NCBI GenBank assembly: GCA_963579555.1
Contig: CAUZHA010000010.1
Span: 133-64,132, forward strand
Origin: Planctomycetes bacterium UBA1146
Lineage (GTDB): Bacteria; Planctomycetota; UBA8108
Direction: 5' to 3'
Length of the DNA: 64,000 nt
The position numbers and the translations under genes are program-made. Positions within the stretch are counted from its first letter, which is position 1. Every line of letters begins with the position of its first letter. Positions 39,301-49,216 of this stretch are shown here, piece after piece. The notes below the pieces were generated by a model. The model saw only the letters and a list, made by a program, of their open reading frames with translations. It ran no database searches and had not been told where the DNA came from.

Positions 39301-41961
39301 GAGGGCACCCATTGGCGAAGCGGCAGGACGACCATCGATCCGATTGCGGGAAGCGGCTCGCTGAAGGTCGTCGCCGCCGGGCGCGGCGACAATAAGGTCA
39401 ACCGACTCGAGACGCCCTCGGGCGGCTTCGGCCTGGCGAACCTGAACACCAATGAGGATCTGCAGATTTCCTTCGATGCGCGCTGGGTCATCGGCTCGCA
39501 GACCATCCTGACGCATGGCTACCAGCACGCCATGGCGAAATCCCATCGCCTGGCGGTACCTGAGAATCTCGGAACCCCGGGACGGATCAACAGCGTCACT
39601 CGCCGGCTGATCGAAGAGACGGGCAGCGCGAACCTCGGCCCTGTCATCAAGGATGTCTGGCAGGACCCGCCGGTCCCTGGAGCGAACGAGGCGGTGACGG
39701 TCTACGCCAGGGTCAGCGATGCGGACGGGGTGGGCAATGTTCGTCTGCGCTACTCATCCAACAACCCCTTGGCGTCTCCTTCCACTGCGAACATGACTCA
39801 TCGCGGCGGCGGCCTCTACAGCGGCACCATCCCGGGTCGTTCGATGGGGACGAAGATCATCTTCTTCATCACAGCTGAAGATGAAGGTGGCCGGCAGGGG
39901 AGGTACCCGGTAGATATCGCGGCTCGAACCCATCCGCTGGTTCTCAACCCCGACGCCATCAGCCGCAACGATGAACGCTACCTGATCTATCGTCATGATC
40001 AGAGGCTCCCCTCGACCAACTACCACAGCTACCGGTTCTGGGTGACCGATGCAGATGAATCGCGCATAGGAAGCCGCAGGCAGCAGTCGAATGATCTTGT
40101 CCCGGGCACCTTCGTTTACGGCGGCTCTCGCCTCTACTACGGCTCCGCGACCCGGTTCTCGGGAAGTCCTTTCGCGCGGGGAGGCTGGGGCGGCAGCTTC
40201 AGGGCGGTCATGCCGCGTGATGATCTCCTGCATGAGAGAATTCGGAAGATGAACCTCGACAACCATCACGGCAGCGGAAACAACGCCCGCGAGAGGATCT
40301 CCCACTATCTCATCAGGCACAACCAGGGGACGGAGGGGACTCCGTATTCCGAGATCCAGACGATGGTTCGCTGGCAGCTCAACTCCCGCACCACCAACAC
40401 CCTCGAGCACACCTGGGTTCCGGATGTGCAGTACCTCTCGCTATGGTTTCCGGGGGATGATGATGGTGATTTCTTCGAGGTCGATGACCGTTTTGTCATC
40501 AACGACAGCGGCGGCCGGGCGGGTAATACAAATGCCACCGTGCGATATCCTCCTTCGAGTCCGCGCAGTGACGGCAACGGTGAGAACAAGGAAAACTATC
40601 GCTGGTTCTTCGGCCTGCGGGCCAAGAACGGTGAAGATGATTTCAGCAGCCTCATTGAGCTGGCCCGGGTCATGGACCCCTCCCAGACCAGCAACGCGGT
40701 CTTTGACGAGGTCGTCTGGGATATCGTCAATGTAGAGGAGATGCTGCGCATCTGGGCCGTGCGGCTCAACACCGATGATTGGGATACCTGGGGCGCCAAC
40801 CGGGGCAAGAACTGTTATCTTTACCGTCCCGGGATCGATGGAAGATTTTGTCTCCTGGCGTGGGATATGGAGCTTACCTACGGCAGCACCCGCTCCTTCC
40901 TGATCCCCAGCTCCCCCAACTCCGCCTTCAATCCCGGTGGCTTCAGCGAGGTTCATCGCCTCATGAACCGTCCCGCGATCAAGCGGATCTGGTACGGGAT
41001 CCTGGATGAGATGGTCAATGGCGACGACAGCTGGTTTACCTCAGCTCGCCTGGCTCCCTATATGCAGCGCCTCAGCGCTATCGGGATGGGCAATACCAGT
41101 ATCGGTCAGCCGGGCGGGTACATTGACCAGCGGGCGTCTTCGCTCCGCAGCCGCATCTCGAGCGTCATCAGCACGCCGTTCAGGATCACCACCAACAGCG
41201 GCAGGAACTTCTCAGTTGACGATTTCACCGTCGATCTCGCGGGCAACGCCTCGGTACGAGTTGGCCAGATCCTCGCCAACGAGGAATACTACGAGACGGA
41301 CTTCCCTACCATGACGACCTGGCGGATCAACGACATCCAGCTGCATCCGGGTCTCAACGAGCTCAACCTGATCGGCTTCGACCGCCGCGGGAATATCGTC
41401 GGAACCGAGACGATCAGCGTCACCAACACCAACGCCGAGTGGGATGCCCCGGTCATCACCATGCTGGATCCAGCCCGCGCTTCCGCGGGCGATAATGTTT
41501 TCATCACAGGAACGGGTTTCCATGATGGGGTCCGGGTCTTCTTCGGTGATACGGAGTCACCATCGGTCAGTTTTGACGAGGGCGGCAATGCCGGCGTCAT
41601 CAGCGCGCGGGTACCGGATGGTGTTGGCCTGGTCCGGGTCACGGTCCGCAACGTGGATGCACAGGTCTCCAACGCTGTTGATTTCAATATCACGCCGCCG
41701 CCGGCCCAGTTCATTCGGGGTGATTCAAACGGAGATGGAAGGGTCGATGTCAGTGACGCGGTGAAGATCGTCTTCCATCTTTTCCGTGGAGCGGAGCTTC
41801 CCTGTGGGGATGCAGCCGACATCAACGACGACGAGATCCTGAATGTCACCGATGCGGTGAGGCTGCTCGACCATATGTTCCGCGCCGGACCGGCCCCCGC
41901 GGCGCCCTATCCCGCGCTCGGTCCGGACCCCGGGGGTGATGGTCTCGACTGTGCTAACTGA
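36391..41961 (+). CDS. Large secreted lamin-tail-domain / CotH-kinase / IPT / dockerin-like protein, paralog 2
   Basis: Same architecture as paralog 1 (ISEVMYH, INEIMYHP, DWDTW..KN, WDMELTY, RGDSNGDGRVDVSDAV) with a different domain inserted after the first lamin-tail domain. Confidence 0.88.
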   Translation: MIHHTYASSLCLVSAPARSAIAYILLFALLVLFPASGRLHALTISEVMYHSGALEDQGDEFIELYNENIDPVDLSGYSICNGINFVFPRGTYLDGHSYLVICANEAAIRGRYGITNTIGDWIGALDNSGERIEICNTGGRVVTELRYNDRGKWPVGADGTGHSLTLKAPFLDVDDADSWRLSRALGGTPGRPNGPSFEAGAVFEPPANGMDSNGFILTWLVLGPYTGAACNIGDAVIRADWLREAGVGTRRQTDMDWRAGDVVNTSFASARSTGLHQNSPTNTPTVEEYLSFGDTIDFNESVWPPDPENVMGYAFTYVDNVTGSDLGVTIGCASDDAIAVLINGSHVHVNDACRGVGNSGQVQDTASATLQPGKNLVAVKVFENGGGWSFRLRFQERAGGAPITDISQLQITTNVDEGLDFDGNGDPIEDPGGGDPGDPGPDILQEAGSSPVLLNEALMLTNGERWIELYNRSGSTVNLSGHYLTDDPGNLTKRQFPGGTSIVSGGYLTFTDTELGLDFSITEEEDRVFVALVDDTGEKVLDAYNFEPEFVDMSEARIPDGDDELEGASVPTRGAANRMDVNQAIVINEIMYHPLGDNEDKEYLELYNRGDRVVDISGWELNRGLSFTFPAGTRMSPDTYLVIGRNPRLIEELHGLPANSVLGPEQDPDAVDDFRTLRDSGERQTLKDDLGRTVDTVRYYDGGDWPRWSDGLGSSMELIDPYQDNRFGAAWDASDDSDKAEVEHFSYVGRHGGGESELHVLLMTRGMSLVDNLSIVGGAVRNNDTELIGDDETWRYFKGTQAPPANWQTSGFDDSGWESGRTGIGYGDGDDNTVLDDMRESYLTVFCRKTFNVTNIEDINELILSITVDDGFYAYINGVQVASYNVNSPDWDAPASSAGEPTLVERTLENPGAVLRLGENVLAVQVHNGNLTSSDLSFIPRLVDRTTTFVDGEEQLGNGDFNSNTRGWMIEGTHWRSGRTTIDPIAGSGSLKVVAAGRGDNKVNRLETPSGGFGLANLNTNEDLQISFDARWVIGSQTILTHGYQHAMAKSHRLAVPENLGTPGRINSVTRRLIEETGSANLGPVIKDVWQDPPVPGANEAVTVYARVSDADGVGNVRLRYSSNNPLASPSTANMTHRGGGLYSGTIPGRSMGTKIIFFITAEDEGGRQGRYPVDIAARTHPLVLNPDAISRNDERYLIYRHDQRLPSTNYHSYRFWVTDADESRIGSRRQQSNDLVPGTFVYGGSRLYYGSATRFSGSPFARGGWGGSFRAVMPRDDLLHERIRKMNLDNHHGSGNNARERISHYLIRHNQGTEGTPYSEIQTMVRWQLNSRTTNTLEHTWVPDVQYLSLWFPGDDDGDFFEVDDRFVINDSGGRAGNTNATVRYPPSSPRSDGNGENKENYRWFFGLRAKNGEDDFSSLIELARVMDPSQTSNAVFDEVVWDIVNVEEMLRIWAVRLNTDDWDTWGANRGKNCYLYRPGIDGRFCLLAWDMELTYGSTRSFLIPSSPNSAFNPGGFSEVHRLMNRPAIKRIWYGILDEMVNGDDSWFTSARLAPYMQRLSAIGMGNTSIGQPGGYIDQRASSLRSRISSVISTPFRITTNSGRNFSVDDFTVDLAGNASVRVGQILANEEYYETDFPTMTTWRINDIQLHPGLNELNLIGFDRRGNIVGTETISVTNTNAEWDAPVITMLDPARASAGDNVFITGTGFHDGVRVFFGDTESPSVSFDEGGNAGVISARVPDGVGLVRVTVRNVDAQVSNAVDFNITPPPAQFIRGDSNGDGRVDVSDAVKIVFHLFRGAELPCGDAADINDDEILNVTDAVRLLDHMFRAGPAPAAPYPALGPDPGGDGLDCAN

Positions 41962-42093
41962 TCTCGCGTAGCCACTTACGGCGGATCCCAGGAAGTTTCG
42001 GAAAGATCCGGGCTCCGCTGTTAAGATAAGGCCGGCGGTTTCCCCCCCTGGCCGCCCTGGTGTCGTAAATCTGAACTCCAGGAGAGTCTCGTC

Positions 42094-43749
42094 TTGTCAT
42101 CGCAGGAGCCAATCAGCCAGCCAGGGCGGGAAGTTTCATTCGATCCCCTTCAGCAAGAGGCCTCTCTTCAGCAAGAGGATCGTGTGGAAGGGGCGTCTTC
42201 AAAGAAATCTGGGAAGCCCTGGGTCAGGAAGCCCTATCCGCTGGCGACCTTCGCCATTGCTTTCGTCCTGGTCGTGGCTCATGTCGTGCAGGAGGCCCTG
42301 GGCGCCTCAGCGAGCTTCTGGGCGCTTGAAAACCTGGGCCAGGATCGTTCGAAGATCTGGGAGGGCGAGCTCTGGCGTCTTCTTAGCTGCAGCTTCCTTC
42401 ACGCCAACTGGCTCCACCTCGGCTGCAACCTGATGGGCATCATTCTCTTTGGAAAAGCTATCGAGCGCTGGCTGGGTCCGTGGCGTTATCTCGCGTGCTA
42501 TTTGATCTTTGCCCTGCTGGGTTCACTTACCTACCAGGCTGTCGCGAGGGGGGGAATCGGCATCGGGGCCTCCGGCGCTCTCTGCGGTCTTCTCGGGATG
42601 TACCTGGCCTGCCGCATGGGCCGGAAGGAAGATGGGTACCTGGAGCTGGGGCTGCGGTTCTATTGCGGGCTCCTGGTGATCAGCACCCTGTTTCTCTTTG
42701 AATCTTTTATGTGGGAATCGTCGGGAGTCGACATCGCTGATTCGGCTCACTTCGGAGGGCTCTTTTCCGGGGTCTTCGCCGCGTTGTTTTTTTTCAGCCG
42801 CCCGCCAGCTCAGCAGGAAACCGGCATGGGTCGGAAGGGAGTTGTCGCGGTGACGGTATGTGTTTTCACCTTCTGCCTGGGGGTCTATGGAATCGCCTGC
42901 CCGTTCATGGATTGGTCCTGGCAGCTCTGGAACTCTCATGCCGCGCAGGCTCGCGGGGATGAGGATGCCGCGGCGGCCGCGCGCCTGCGGGCGCGTTCAC
43001 TTGGCGGCGACCGGGCCGGCTTGAGCATCGTCGTATGGGAGGCTGAGGCGGGGCGCCCTGAGGAGGCCATTCGCTATTGGGAGAGCCAGCCCCTGGAGGA
43101 CCCTGAGCTCCAGGCCGAGGCCGGCTTCAGCCTATACGACGCGGTCTATTCTGAGCTCGGCTATTGCGAGGAGGTCGAGCTTCTGCTTGACAGGCTGATC
43201 GAGCTTGTCGACGTGGCGATGGGGGAGAAGGGAGAGAGCCTGCCGCTTCTGAACCAGGCCGCCTGGTTCAGGGCGTTGCGGGGAAAAGATCTCGGGATGG
43301 CGCTCACTTTCGCACGGAAAGCTCATGAGCTCGAGTGCAGGAACCAGGCCATCCTCAATACGCTGGGTTGGGTTCATTTTCGAAGATCGGAAACGAAGGA
43401 GGCCTTTGAGTTCCTCCGGTCAGCAGTCTCCGATCCGGACTACCTCGATCAGCTTTGCGATGAAGCTGGAGAGGGCTTTGATCTACTCGCCTACCTTGGG
43501 CTTCGTTCCCCGAGCTTTCCTCCAAATTACGCGGCCCATTACCTCTACCTCGCCCTGGCCTATTGGGAGACCGGGGAGCAGGAAAATTCCCGGGAGATGA
43601 TCCACCGCGTTCACCAGTATTCCTATGGCGGACGCATGCTTTTGCGTCACGAGAGGCGGATTCTTGGCGAGCTCGAAGAGACCCTCGGCAACAGCCTGCG
43701 CAGGCCTACCGGCTTTTTTCAGAGTCGCCCCAGCCCCTTCAGAAGGTGA
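42094..43749 (+). CDS. Rhomboid intramembrane serine protease with C-terminal TPR-like region
   Basis: [19 protein letters not shown], catalytic GASG and AHFGG; C-terminal TPR-like LNQAAW and [10 protein letters not shown]. Confidence 0.88.
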   Translation: MSSQEPISQPGREVSFDPLQQEASLQQEDRVEGASSKKSGKPWVRKPYPLATFAIAFVLVVAHVVQEALGASASFWALENLGQDRSKIWEGELWRLLSCSFLHANWLHLGCNLMGIILFGKAIERWLGPWRYLACYLIFALLGSLTYQAVARGGIGIGASGALCGLLGMYLACRMGRKEDGYLELGLRFYCGLLVISTLFLFESFMWESSGVDIADSAHFGGLFSGVFAALFFFSRPPAQQETGMGRKGVVAVTVCVFTFCLGVYGIACPFMDWSWQLWNSHAAQARGDEDAAAAARLRARSLGGDRAGLSIVVWEAEAGRPEEAIRYWESQPLEDPELQAEAGFSLYDAVYSELGYCEEVELLLDRLIELVDVAMGEKGESLPLLNQAAWFRALRGKDLGMALTFARKAHELECRNQAILNTLGWVHFRRSETKEAFEFLRSAVSDPDYLDQLCDEAGEGFDLLAYLGLRSPSFPPNYAAHYLYLALAYWETGEQENSREMIHRVHQYSYGGRMLLRHERRILGELEETLGNSLRRPTGFFQSRPSPFRR

Positions 43750-44566
43750 GCTGTTTGAAGGCGGCCGCCTGGTCGCGGATGGCCGGCTCTGTCGCCAGGC
43801 GCTCGATGGATGATGCCCCGAAGAAGCCATCGATCGCGCTGGTGTTCTGAAGGATGTACTGGGCATCGGCCGGCTCGCTGATGGGGCCGCCGTGACAGAG
43901 CACGATCACATCCTCCCGGACCGCCTTCGCCGCCGAGGCCATGGCATCGATGATGGCCGGGCAGTCCTCAAGACCTAGCGCGGTGCTGGCTCCGATGGAG
44001 CCCTTGGTGGTCAGGCCCATGTGCGGAACGAGGATGTCCGCTCCGGCGGCCGCCATGTCGGCCGCATGGGATGGTTCGAAGACATAGGGGGCGGTCAGCA
44101 GGTCGAGCCCGTTGGCCTTGCGCACCAGCTCGACCTCGAGTCCGTAGCCCATGCCGGTTTCTTCGAGGTTCTGCCGCAGCCTGCCATCGTAGAGTCCTAC
44201 GGTTGGGAAATTCTGGATGCCGGAGAAGCCCATAGCCTTCAGCTCGGGAAGAAAGACATCCATCAGCCGAAAGGGGTCTGTTCCGCAGACGCCGGCAAGC
44301 ACCGGCGTGTCCACGATCACCGGCAGCACCTCGCTGGCCATCTCCTTGACGATGGCGTTGGCATCGCCGTAGGGGAGGAGGCCGGCGAGGGAGCCTCTTC
44401 CCGCCATGCGGAATCGCCCGGAGTTGTAGATGATGATCAGGTCGACCCCTCCCTGCTCGCAGAACTTGGCGGAGATACCCGTTCCGGCGCCGGCGCCGAT
44501 GATGGGTATTTTCTTTTCGATCTGGGACCGGAGCCGTGTGAGTATTTCGCCGCGTTCGATAGCCAT
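43739..44566 (-). CDS. Phosphoenolpyruvate-hydrolase-like TIM-barrel protein (Tm-1 C-terminal-like)
   Basis: [41 protein letters not shown] and [11 protein letters not shown] motifs. Confidence 0.92.
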   Translation of the reverse strand: MAIERGEILTRLRSQIEKKIPIIGAGAGTGISAKFCEQGGVDLIIIYNSGRFRMAGRGSLAGLLPYGDANAIVKEMASEVLPVIVDTPVLAGVCGTDPFRLMDVFLPELKAMGFSGIQNFPTVGLYDGRLRQNLEETGMGYGLEVELVRKANGLDLLTAPYVFEPSHAADMAAAGADILVPHMGLTTKGSIGASTALGLEDCPAIIDAMASAAKAVREDVIVLCHGGPISEPADAQYILQNTSAIDGFFGASSIERLATEPAIRDQAAAFKQLTF

Positions 44567-44744
44567 GAGGTCAGTTAACCGCCTGTCTTTTCACCAGTTG
44601 ATTCCAGGTTTGTTTCGCATCTGTGAAACACGTTCGACAATACCGGCATCAACATGATATTTTTGGTTATCAGCCGGTTGTTTTGGAAACAGGTTCGCAC
44701 AGTTACCGGGTTCTTTCAACGAACTCAAAAGATGACCTTGCCCT

Positions 44745-45066
44745 ACACGCAGATGATTCAAACGACCCTCCTGTTTGTATGGACCGTATTCGCCATGCAG
44801 GCTCTCGCCCTGGCGGACGTGAGCATCATCCCTACGGCTATACGCTCTGCATGGCGGGCGGCGGGGTGAAGGGGGGGCACATTCATGGCGCGACCGATGA
44901 CTTCGGCTGGTACGCTATCGACAGGAAGGTACACATCCACGACTTCCATGCCACCATCCTGCATCTGATGGGTATCGATCACGAACGTCTGACGTTCCGC
45001 TACAGCGGCCGGGATTTTCGACTGACCAATGTTCACGGCAAGGTAGTGAAAGATGTCATTGCCTGA
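44745..45066 (+). pseudogene. C-terminal remnant of a DUF1501 gene
   Basis: [25 protein letters not shown]...[37 protein letters not shown] is the DUF1501 C-terminus; the similarity shifts frame upstream and the N-terminal three quarters are absent. Confidence 0.85.
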
Positions 45067-45082
45067 GGCCTCCCGGGCGGGG

Positions 45083-46291
45083 TTAGGCGTCCGACTGGTT
45101 GATCAGCTCAATCAGCCGCCGCGCGGCGGCCGCGGCGAACTCGGGATCGTTGATGTGGAAGGGCAGCTCGATGACCTCCGCATCTCCACTGTTTCTACGA
45201 ATGGACTCAAAGAGAGCCTCCCGGGCATCCGGATCATCAAACGCCTCTCCCTCCTTGTCGATTGATGAGACACCGGCCAGAGGCAACAGGATGGCCGCCG
45301 GGCCCTTTGCCGCGGCGACCTTGGCGGCGATCTCGCCGCCCAGCTTCCCGCATTCATCTGCCGTGGTTCTCATCAGGGTAACTGTCGGGTTGTGCTTGTA
45401 GAAGAGCCGGTCTTCAAAGCCGGGAGGGGTAACGCTCGAAAAATTGACCATGTCGGTGGCTCCGACAGAGACAACCTGGGGAATTCCGCGAGAGCCTGCG
45501 GCTGTCAGGCGGCTCGGGCCAGCGCCTAGGATCCCACCGACCAGTTCGTCCGCCAATTCCGTGGTCGTCAGGTCAAGAACGGCGGTGAAATAGCCCTCCT
45601 CGATGAGGGCCTCCATGGTCTTTCCGCCCGTTCCGGTGGCATGAAAGACGATCACCTCGAAGCCGGCCTCCTCGAGAATCCCGCGGGCCTCTGTTACGCA
45701 GGGGGTCGTCACTCCGAACATGCTGGCCGCGATAAGCGGCCGCGAGGACTCCACCTCCCTTTTTCCGGCGGCCATCGAGCTTACGGCATTGGCGGCGTTG
45801 CGGAGTATCGCGGCAGAGATCCGGTTGATGCCTGCAATGTCGACAACGGAATACATCATCGTGATGTCCCTGGTTCCCACCCAGCCGGAGACATCTCCGG
45901 AGGCGAGTGTCGATACGAGCACCTTCGGGAACCCGATGGGAAGGGACTGCATGGCGGCGGCTCCGATTGTCGTATTGGCCGATCCGCCCGCTGCGATGAT
46001 TCCATCTATTTGAGAGCTGGTGAAGAGCTCGCGAACGAGAGCCGCCGCGCCCCGGCTCATAACCTCCATCGCCTGGCCTCGGTCGCTTTTTGCGATCAGC
46101 TCTTCGAGGGAGGAGCCTCCCGCCTCAGCGACGGCCTCGCGCGAGGTGTCCGCCTCGAAGGCGGGCGGCCCGAGAACCCCGGTGTCTATTACCCAGGCGC
46201 CGCTTCCAGCCGTCTCGATCACATCCCGCAGGTAGGTCATCTCCTCACCCTTGGTGTCGAGACACCCTACAATCGCTATGGTGACGCTCAT
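45083..46291 (-). CDS. UPF0261 / Tm-1-like ATP-binding domain protein
   Basis: GCLDTKGEE, LPIGFPKVLVST, DITMMYSVVDIAGIN, SMFGVTTPCV and VFHATGTGG motifs; start at MSVTI (46291). Confidence 0.93.
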   Translation of the reverse strand: MSVTIAIVGCLDTKGEEMTYLRDVIETAGSGAWVIDTGVLGPPAFEADTSREAVAEAGGSSLEELIAKSDRGQAMEVMSRGAAALVRELFTSSQIDGIIAAGGSANTTIGAAAMQSLPIGFPKVLVSTLASGDVSGWVGTRDITMMYSVVDIAGINRISAAILRNAANAVSSMAAGKREVESSRPLIAASMFGVTTPCVTEARGILEEAGFEVIVFHATGTGGKTMEALIEEGYFTAVLDLTTTELADELVGGILGAGPSRLTAAGSRGIPQVVSVGATDMVNFSSVTPPGFEDRLFYKHNPTVTLMRTTADECGKLGGEIAAKVAAAKGPAAILLPLAGVSSIDKEGEAFDDPDAREALFESIRRNSGDAEVIELPFHINDPEFAAAAARRLIELINQSDA

Positions 46292-46486
46292 GAGTCTTTT
46301 CCAGTGATCATTGACCGGGCAATCTACCCCCCGGAGGGACGCCCACGAAAAGAGGGCTGCAAGCAGGGGCGCTTGATTGCTGCGAAAAGAGTATGCCATA
46401 CTCGGCCCCGGCCGGTTGGTCCTATCGGGCCGCCGGGAGCATTTTCATTTCCCACTCTCTTGCGAGGAAAGCCTCCTCTTCATTCC

Positions 46487-49087
46487 ATGTCGGAATCTCC
46501 AACTATTATCGAGAAGACCAGGGCTGCGGTGGCCCGCTACTTCGAGTCGGCGCTTCAGAAGCACCGCGCAGGAGAGGACCCTTTCAAGGTTGTCGGTTCC
46601 TATGCCGCTGACATGGATGGTGTCCTGGCAGGTCTTTTCGAGCGGCAGTTTTCCGGAGGAGAGGACATCTCCCTGGTCGCGGTAGGCGGCTACGGCCGCC
46701 GCGAGCTCTGTCCCTACTCAGATCTGGACATCCTGATTCTTCGAGAATCGCGAGCCCACGATGCTGAGATCCAGAGGTTCATTACCCTTCTCTGGGATTG
46801 CGGCTTTGACCTGGGTCATTCCGTTCGGACCCTGGCTGAATGTTACGAGTACATGGTCGACAATCCCATCACCGGCGCGACCTTGCTGGAGAACAGCCTG
46901 GTTGCCGGCAGCAGGCGGCTGTACAAACGGTTTCTTTCCAGCGTGGTCGACAGGTACCGCCGCAAGGAAGGGTCAAAGTTTGCCGTCAGCAAGATTGAGC
47001 AGATCCGGGGCTCGCTGGATACCGAGGGGCGAACCATCTATATCCTGGAGCCTCATCTCAAGGATGGGGTGGGGGCTCTTCGGGATATTCAACGCGTTCT
47101 CTGGGTGGAAAACATCCGCAATGGCAGCATCGGGTTCGAGGGATTCAGCCCGAAGAGCGTTGTTTCTCCCGGGCGGGTCATCAGCCTGAGAGAGGCCTAC
47201 GTCTTCTATCTCAGGGTGCGCTGCGAACTGCATTTCCTGACCGGCGGACGACAGGAGATACTCGAAGATGAATCTGTCCGGCAGGTGGCGAAGAACCTCT
47301 TCTACGATGGAGATAGCCGCCATTCGGTCGAAGGACTCATGGCTGATTATTTCTACCATGCGCGTAATACCTACCAGTTCTTGAAATACTATATAGAGGC
47401 TTCAGAGGATCTACCCCTGGGCCAGCGGCTCAAGCGCAGGTTCTTCATCAACCCGGTTGGTTCCTATCTGCGGTTTTACAACGGTAAGCTCTACCTGAGG
47501 GTTGAGCCTCCGGCGGAATCTATAGCCGAGGAGATCGTCGGTTTTTTTGTTGAGGCGCATCGTCTCGATTGTCCCCTCAGCCAGGAATTACGTGAATGGA
47601 TTCGCTACCGGCTTGCGGATGACAAGTTCGATTTCACGCGCTCAATGGTCATCAACCGGGTGCTGCTGTCGATTCTTCGCGAAGAATCCGGCGTCTCCAA
47701 GGTTCTTCGGGGGATGCGGCGGACCGGAGTGCTCAGCAGGATCATCCCTGAGTTTTCCAGGTTGGAGGGGCTAGTTAATTTTGGTGGTCATCATCACTAC
47801 ACTGTTGATGAGCACACCCTGAGGACACTCGAGAAGCTGGATTCGCTTCAGCGGGAGGATGTGGAGGAGGAGGGCCGGCCCTTTCGGGAAATCTTCCAGA
47901 GCCTTCGGGATCCGGTTCCCCTGCGCCTGGCCCTGCTTCTTCATGATATCGGCAAGGCCTTCGAGGGGAACCACGAGGTCAGCGGATCGGACGCTGCCGG
48001 GCTGATCTGTGAGCGTTTTGGCCTGGCTGAAGAGACGGCGGACACGGTTGAATTTCTAGTCTACCGTCATCTGCGGATGTTCAAGGTCTCCGAGCGCCAG
48101 GATTATTCCGAGGCCGGCGTTATTGAGTCTTTCGCTCGCCTCGTCGGCTCCGAGGAGAGGCTGAAGATGCTCTACCTGATGACCTATGTGGACATCAGCA
48201 GCGTTGGCCCGGGAGTCTGGACCGGCTGGAAAGGAGCGCAGCTTTCGGATCTCTACGAGCGCACGCTGGGGTATATGAGGGGAGGTGGGCCCCTCGAGCA
48301 AAGTCTCGAAGAGATGCTTGCGGCCTCCGGGCTCGAGGCGGAGGCCTGCCGTCGAGTGAAGGAACATTGCGAGTCCATCGGGACGCCTTCTTATCGACGA
48401 GAGATCGTTCCGGAGAGAATGCTGGTTCATGCCGATATGGTGGCGGCGCTGCAGGAGACGGGGAAGGTGCAGATTCGCCAGGCCAGCTTCCTTGATTTCT
48501 ACGAGATCACGATCTGCTGGGGGGACCGCAATGGCCTGGTTTCAGATATTACCGGGGTTCTCTACTCCGAGGGTCTTAACGTGCTGGGAGCCAGGGTCTT
48601 CTCTCGAAGTGACGGGGTGGCTGTTGATCTATTCCATGTCGAGGTCGCAGATGAGACCGGGGTGCCCGTAAAGTCGAGGATTGAGAATATCCGTACGAAG
48701 CTGGAGGCTGTGGTCGCGGGCGAGGAGGATGTTGAGGCTCTCATCGAGCGTTGGCGGAAGACGAATCGCTACAGCCCCATGCTGAAGTACCAGCGCCCGC
48801 TCTACGGACCCTCGGTAAAGTATAACAATTCGGTCTCGGAGGTCTGTACCGTGATCGAGATCAACGCGGGAGATCGCACAGGACTCCTGCATGATGAGGC
48901 CAGCGTTCTCAGTCAACTCGGCCTGGATGTGCGTGCGGCGAAGATCTCGACGATCGCCAGCCGCGCCCGGGGTTTTTTTTACGTTCTTGATTCTGATGGA
49001 AAAAAGATCGAGAGCCGGGAGCGAATGGCCAGGATTGAGAAAGCGCTGATCGCAAGGGTCAAGATGCCCCCTCCCGGCAGGGGTTAA
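46487..49087 (+). CDS. glnD: [Protein-PII] uridylyltransferase / uridylyl-removing enzyme
   Basis: AVGGYGRRELCPYSDLDIL nucleotidyltransferase motif; LKDGVGALRDI; HD domain HHYTVDEHTL...LLHDIGK; two ACT domains; adjacent to PII. Start at MSESP (46487). Confidence 0.95.
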   Translation: MSESPTIIEKTRAAVARYFESALQKHRAGEDPFKVVGSYAADMDGVLAGLFERQFSGGEDISLVAVGGYGRRELCPYSDLDILILRESRAHDAEIQRFITLLWDCGFDLGHSVRTLAECYEYMVDNPITGATLLENSLVAGSRRLYKRFLSSVVDRYRRKEGSKFAVSKIEQIRGSLDTEGRTIYILEPHLKDGVGALRDIQRVLWVENIRNGSIGFEGFSPKSVVSPGRVISLREAYVFYLRVRCELHFLTGGRQEILEDESVRQVAKNLFYDGDSRHSVEGLMADYFYHARNTYQFLKYYIEASEDLPLGQRLKRRFFINPVGSYLRFYNGKLYLRVEPPAESIAEEIVGFFVEAHRLDCPLSQELREWIRYRLADDKFDFTRSMVINRVLLSILREESGVSKVLRGMRRTGVLSRIIPEFSRLEGLVNFGGHHHYTVDEHTLRTLEKLDSLQREDVEEEGRPFREIFQSLRDPVPLRLALLLHDIGKAFEGNHEVSGSDAAGLICERFGLAEETADTVEFLVYRHLRMFKVSERQDYSEAGVIESFARLVGSEERLKMLYLMTYVDISSVGPGVWTGWKGAQLSDLYERTLGYMRGGGPLEQSLEEMLAASGLEAEACRRVKEHCESIGTPSYRREIVPERMLVHADMVAALQETGKVQIRQASFLDFYEITICWGDRNGLVSDITGVLYSEGLNVLGARVFSRSDGVAVDLFHVEVADETGVPVKSRIENIRTKLEAVVAGEEDVEALIERWRKTNRYSPMLKYQRPLYGPSVKYNNSVSEVCTVIEINAGDRTGLLHDEASVLSQLGLDVRAAKISTIASRARGFFYVLDSDGKKIESRERMARIEKALIARVKMPPPGRG

Positions 49088-49091
49088 TGAC

Positions 49092-49120
49092 TTGCCCCTT
49101 GCGAGCCTGCGGATTATGTT
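49092..49120 (+). promoter_or_regulatory. Putative sigma70 promoter of the PII gene
   Basis: TTGCCC-N17-TATGTT in the glnD-glnB gap. Confidence 0.4.
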
Positions 49121-49216
49121 GGGGATGGTTTGTATGGCGCGTTAGCGTCGCCTCAAGCTCCTGTAAGCGGGCTTGACTGATCTCGGAGGTTTTTAGAAAG
49201 GCAAGAGCAGGCTCCG

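Noticed and set aside
30802-41961. Cellulosome or endospore-coat interpretation of the dockerin and CotH domains
   Set aside because: No cohesin scaffoldin, glycoside hydrolase or sporulation gene is visible in the window; both domains occur widely outside those systems.
45641-46486. 282-codon N-terminal extension of the glnD ORF
   Set aside because: It is the antisense shadow of the UPF0261 gene; GlnD-like sequence starts at MSESP (46487).
49135-49151. Sigma54 -24/-12 box before the PII gene
   Set aside because: TGGCGC is present, but the -12 TTGC is absent at the required spacing.
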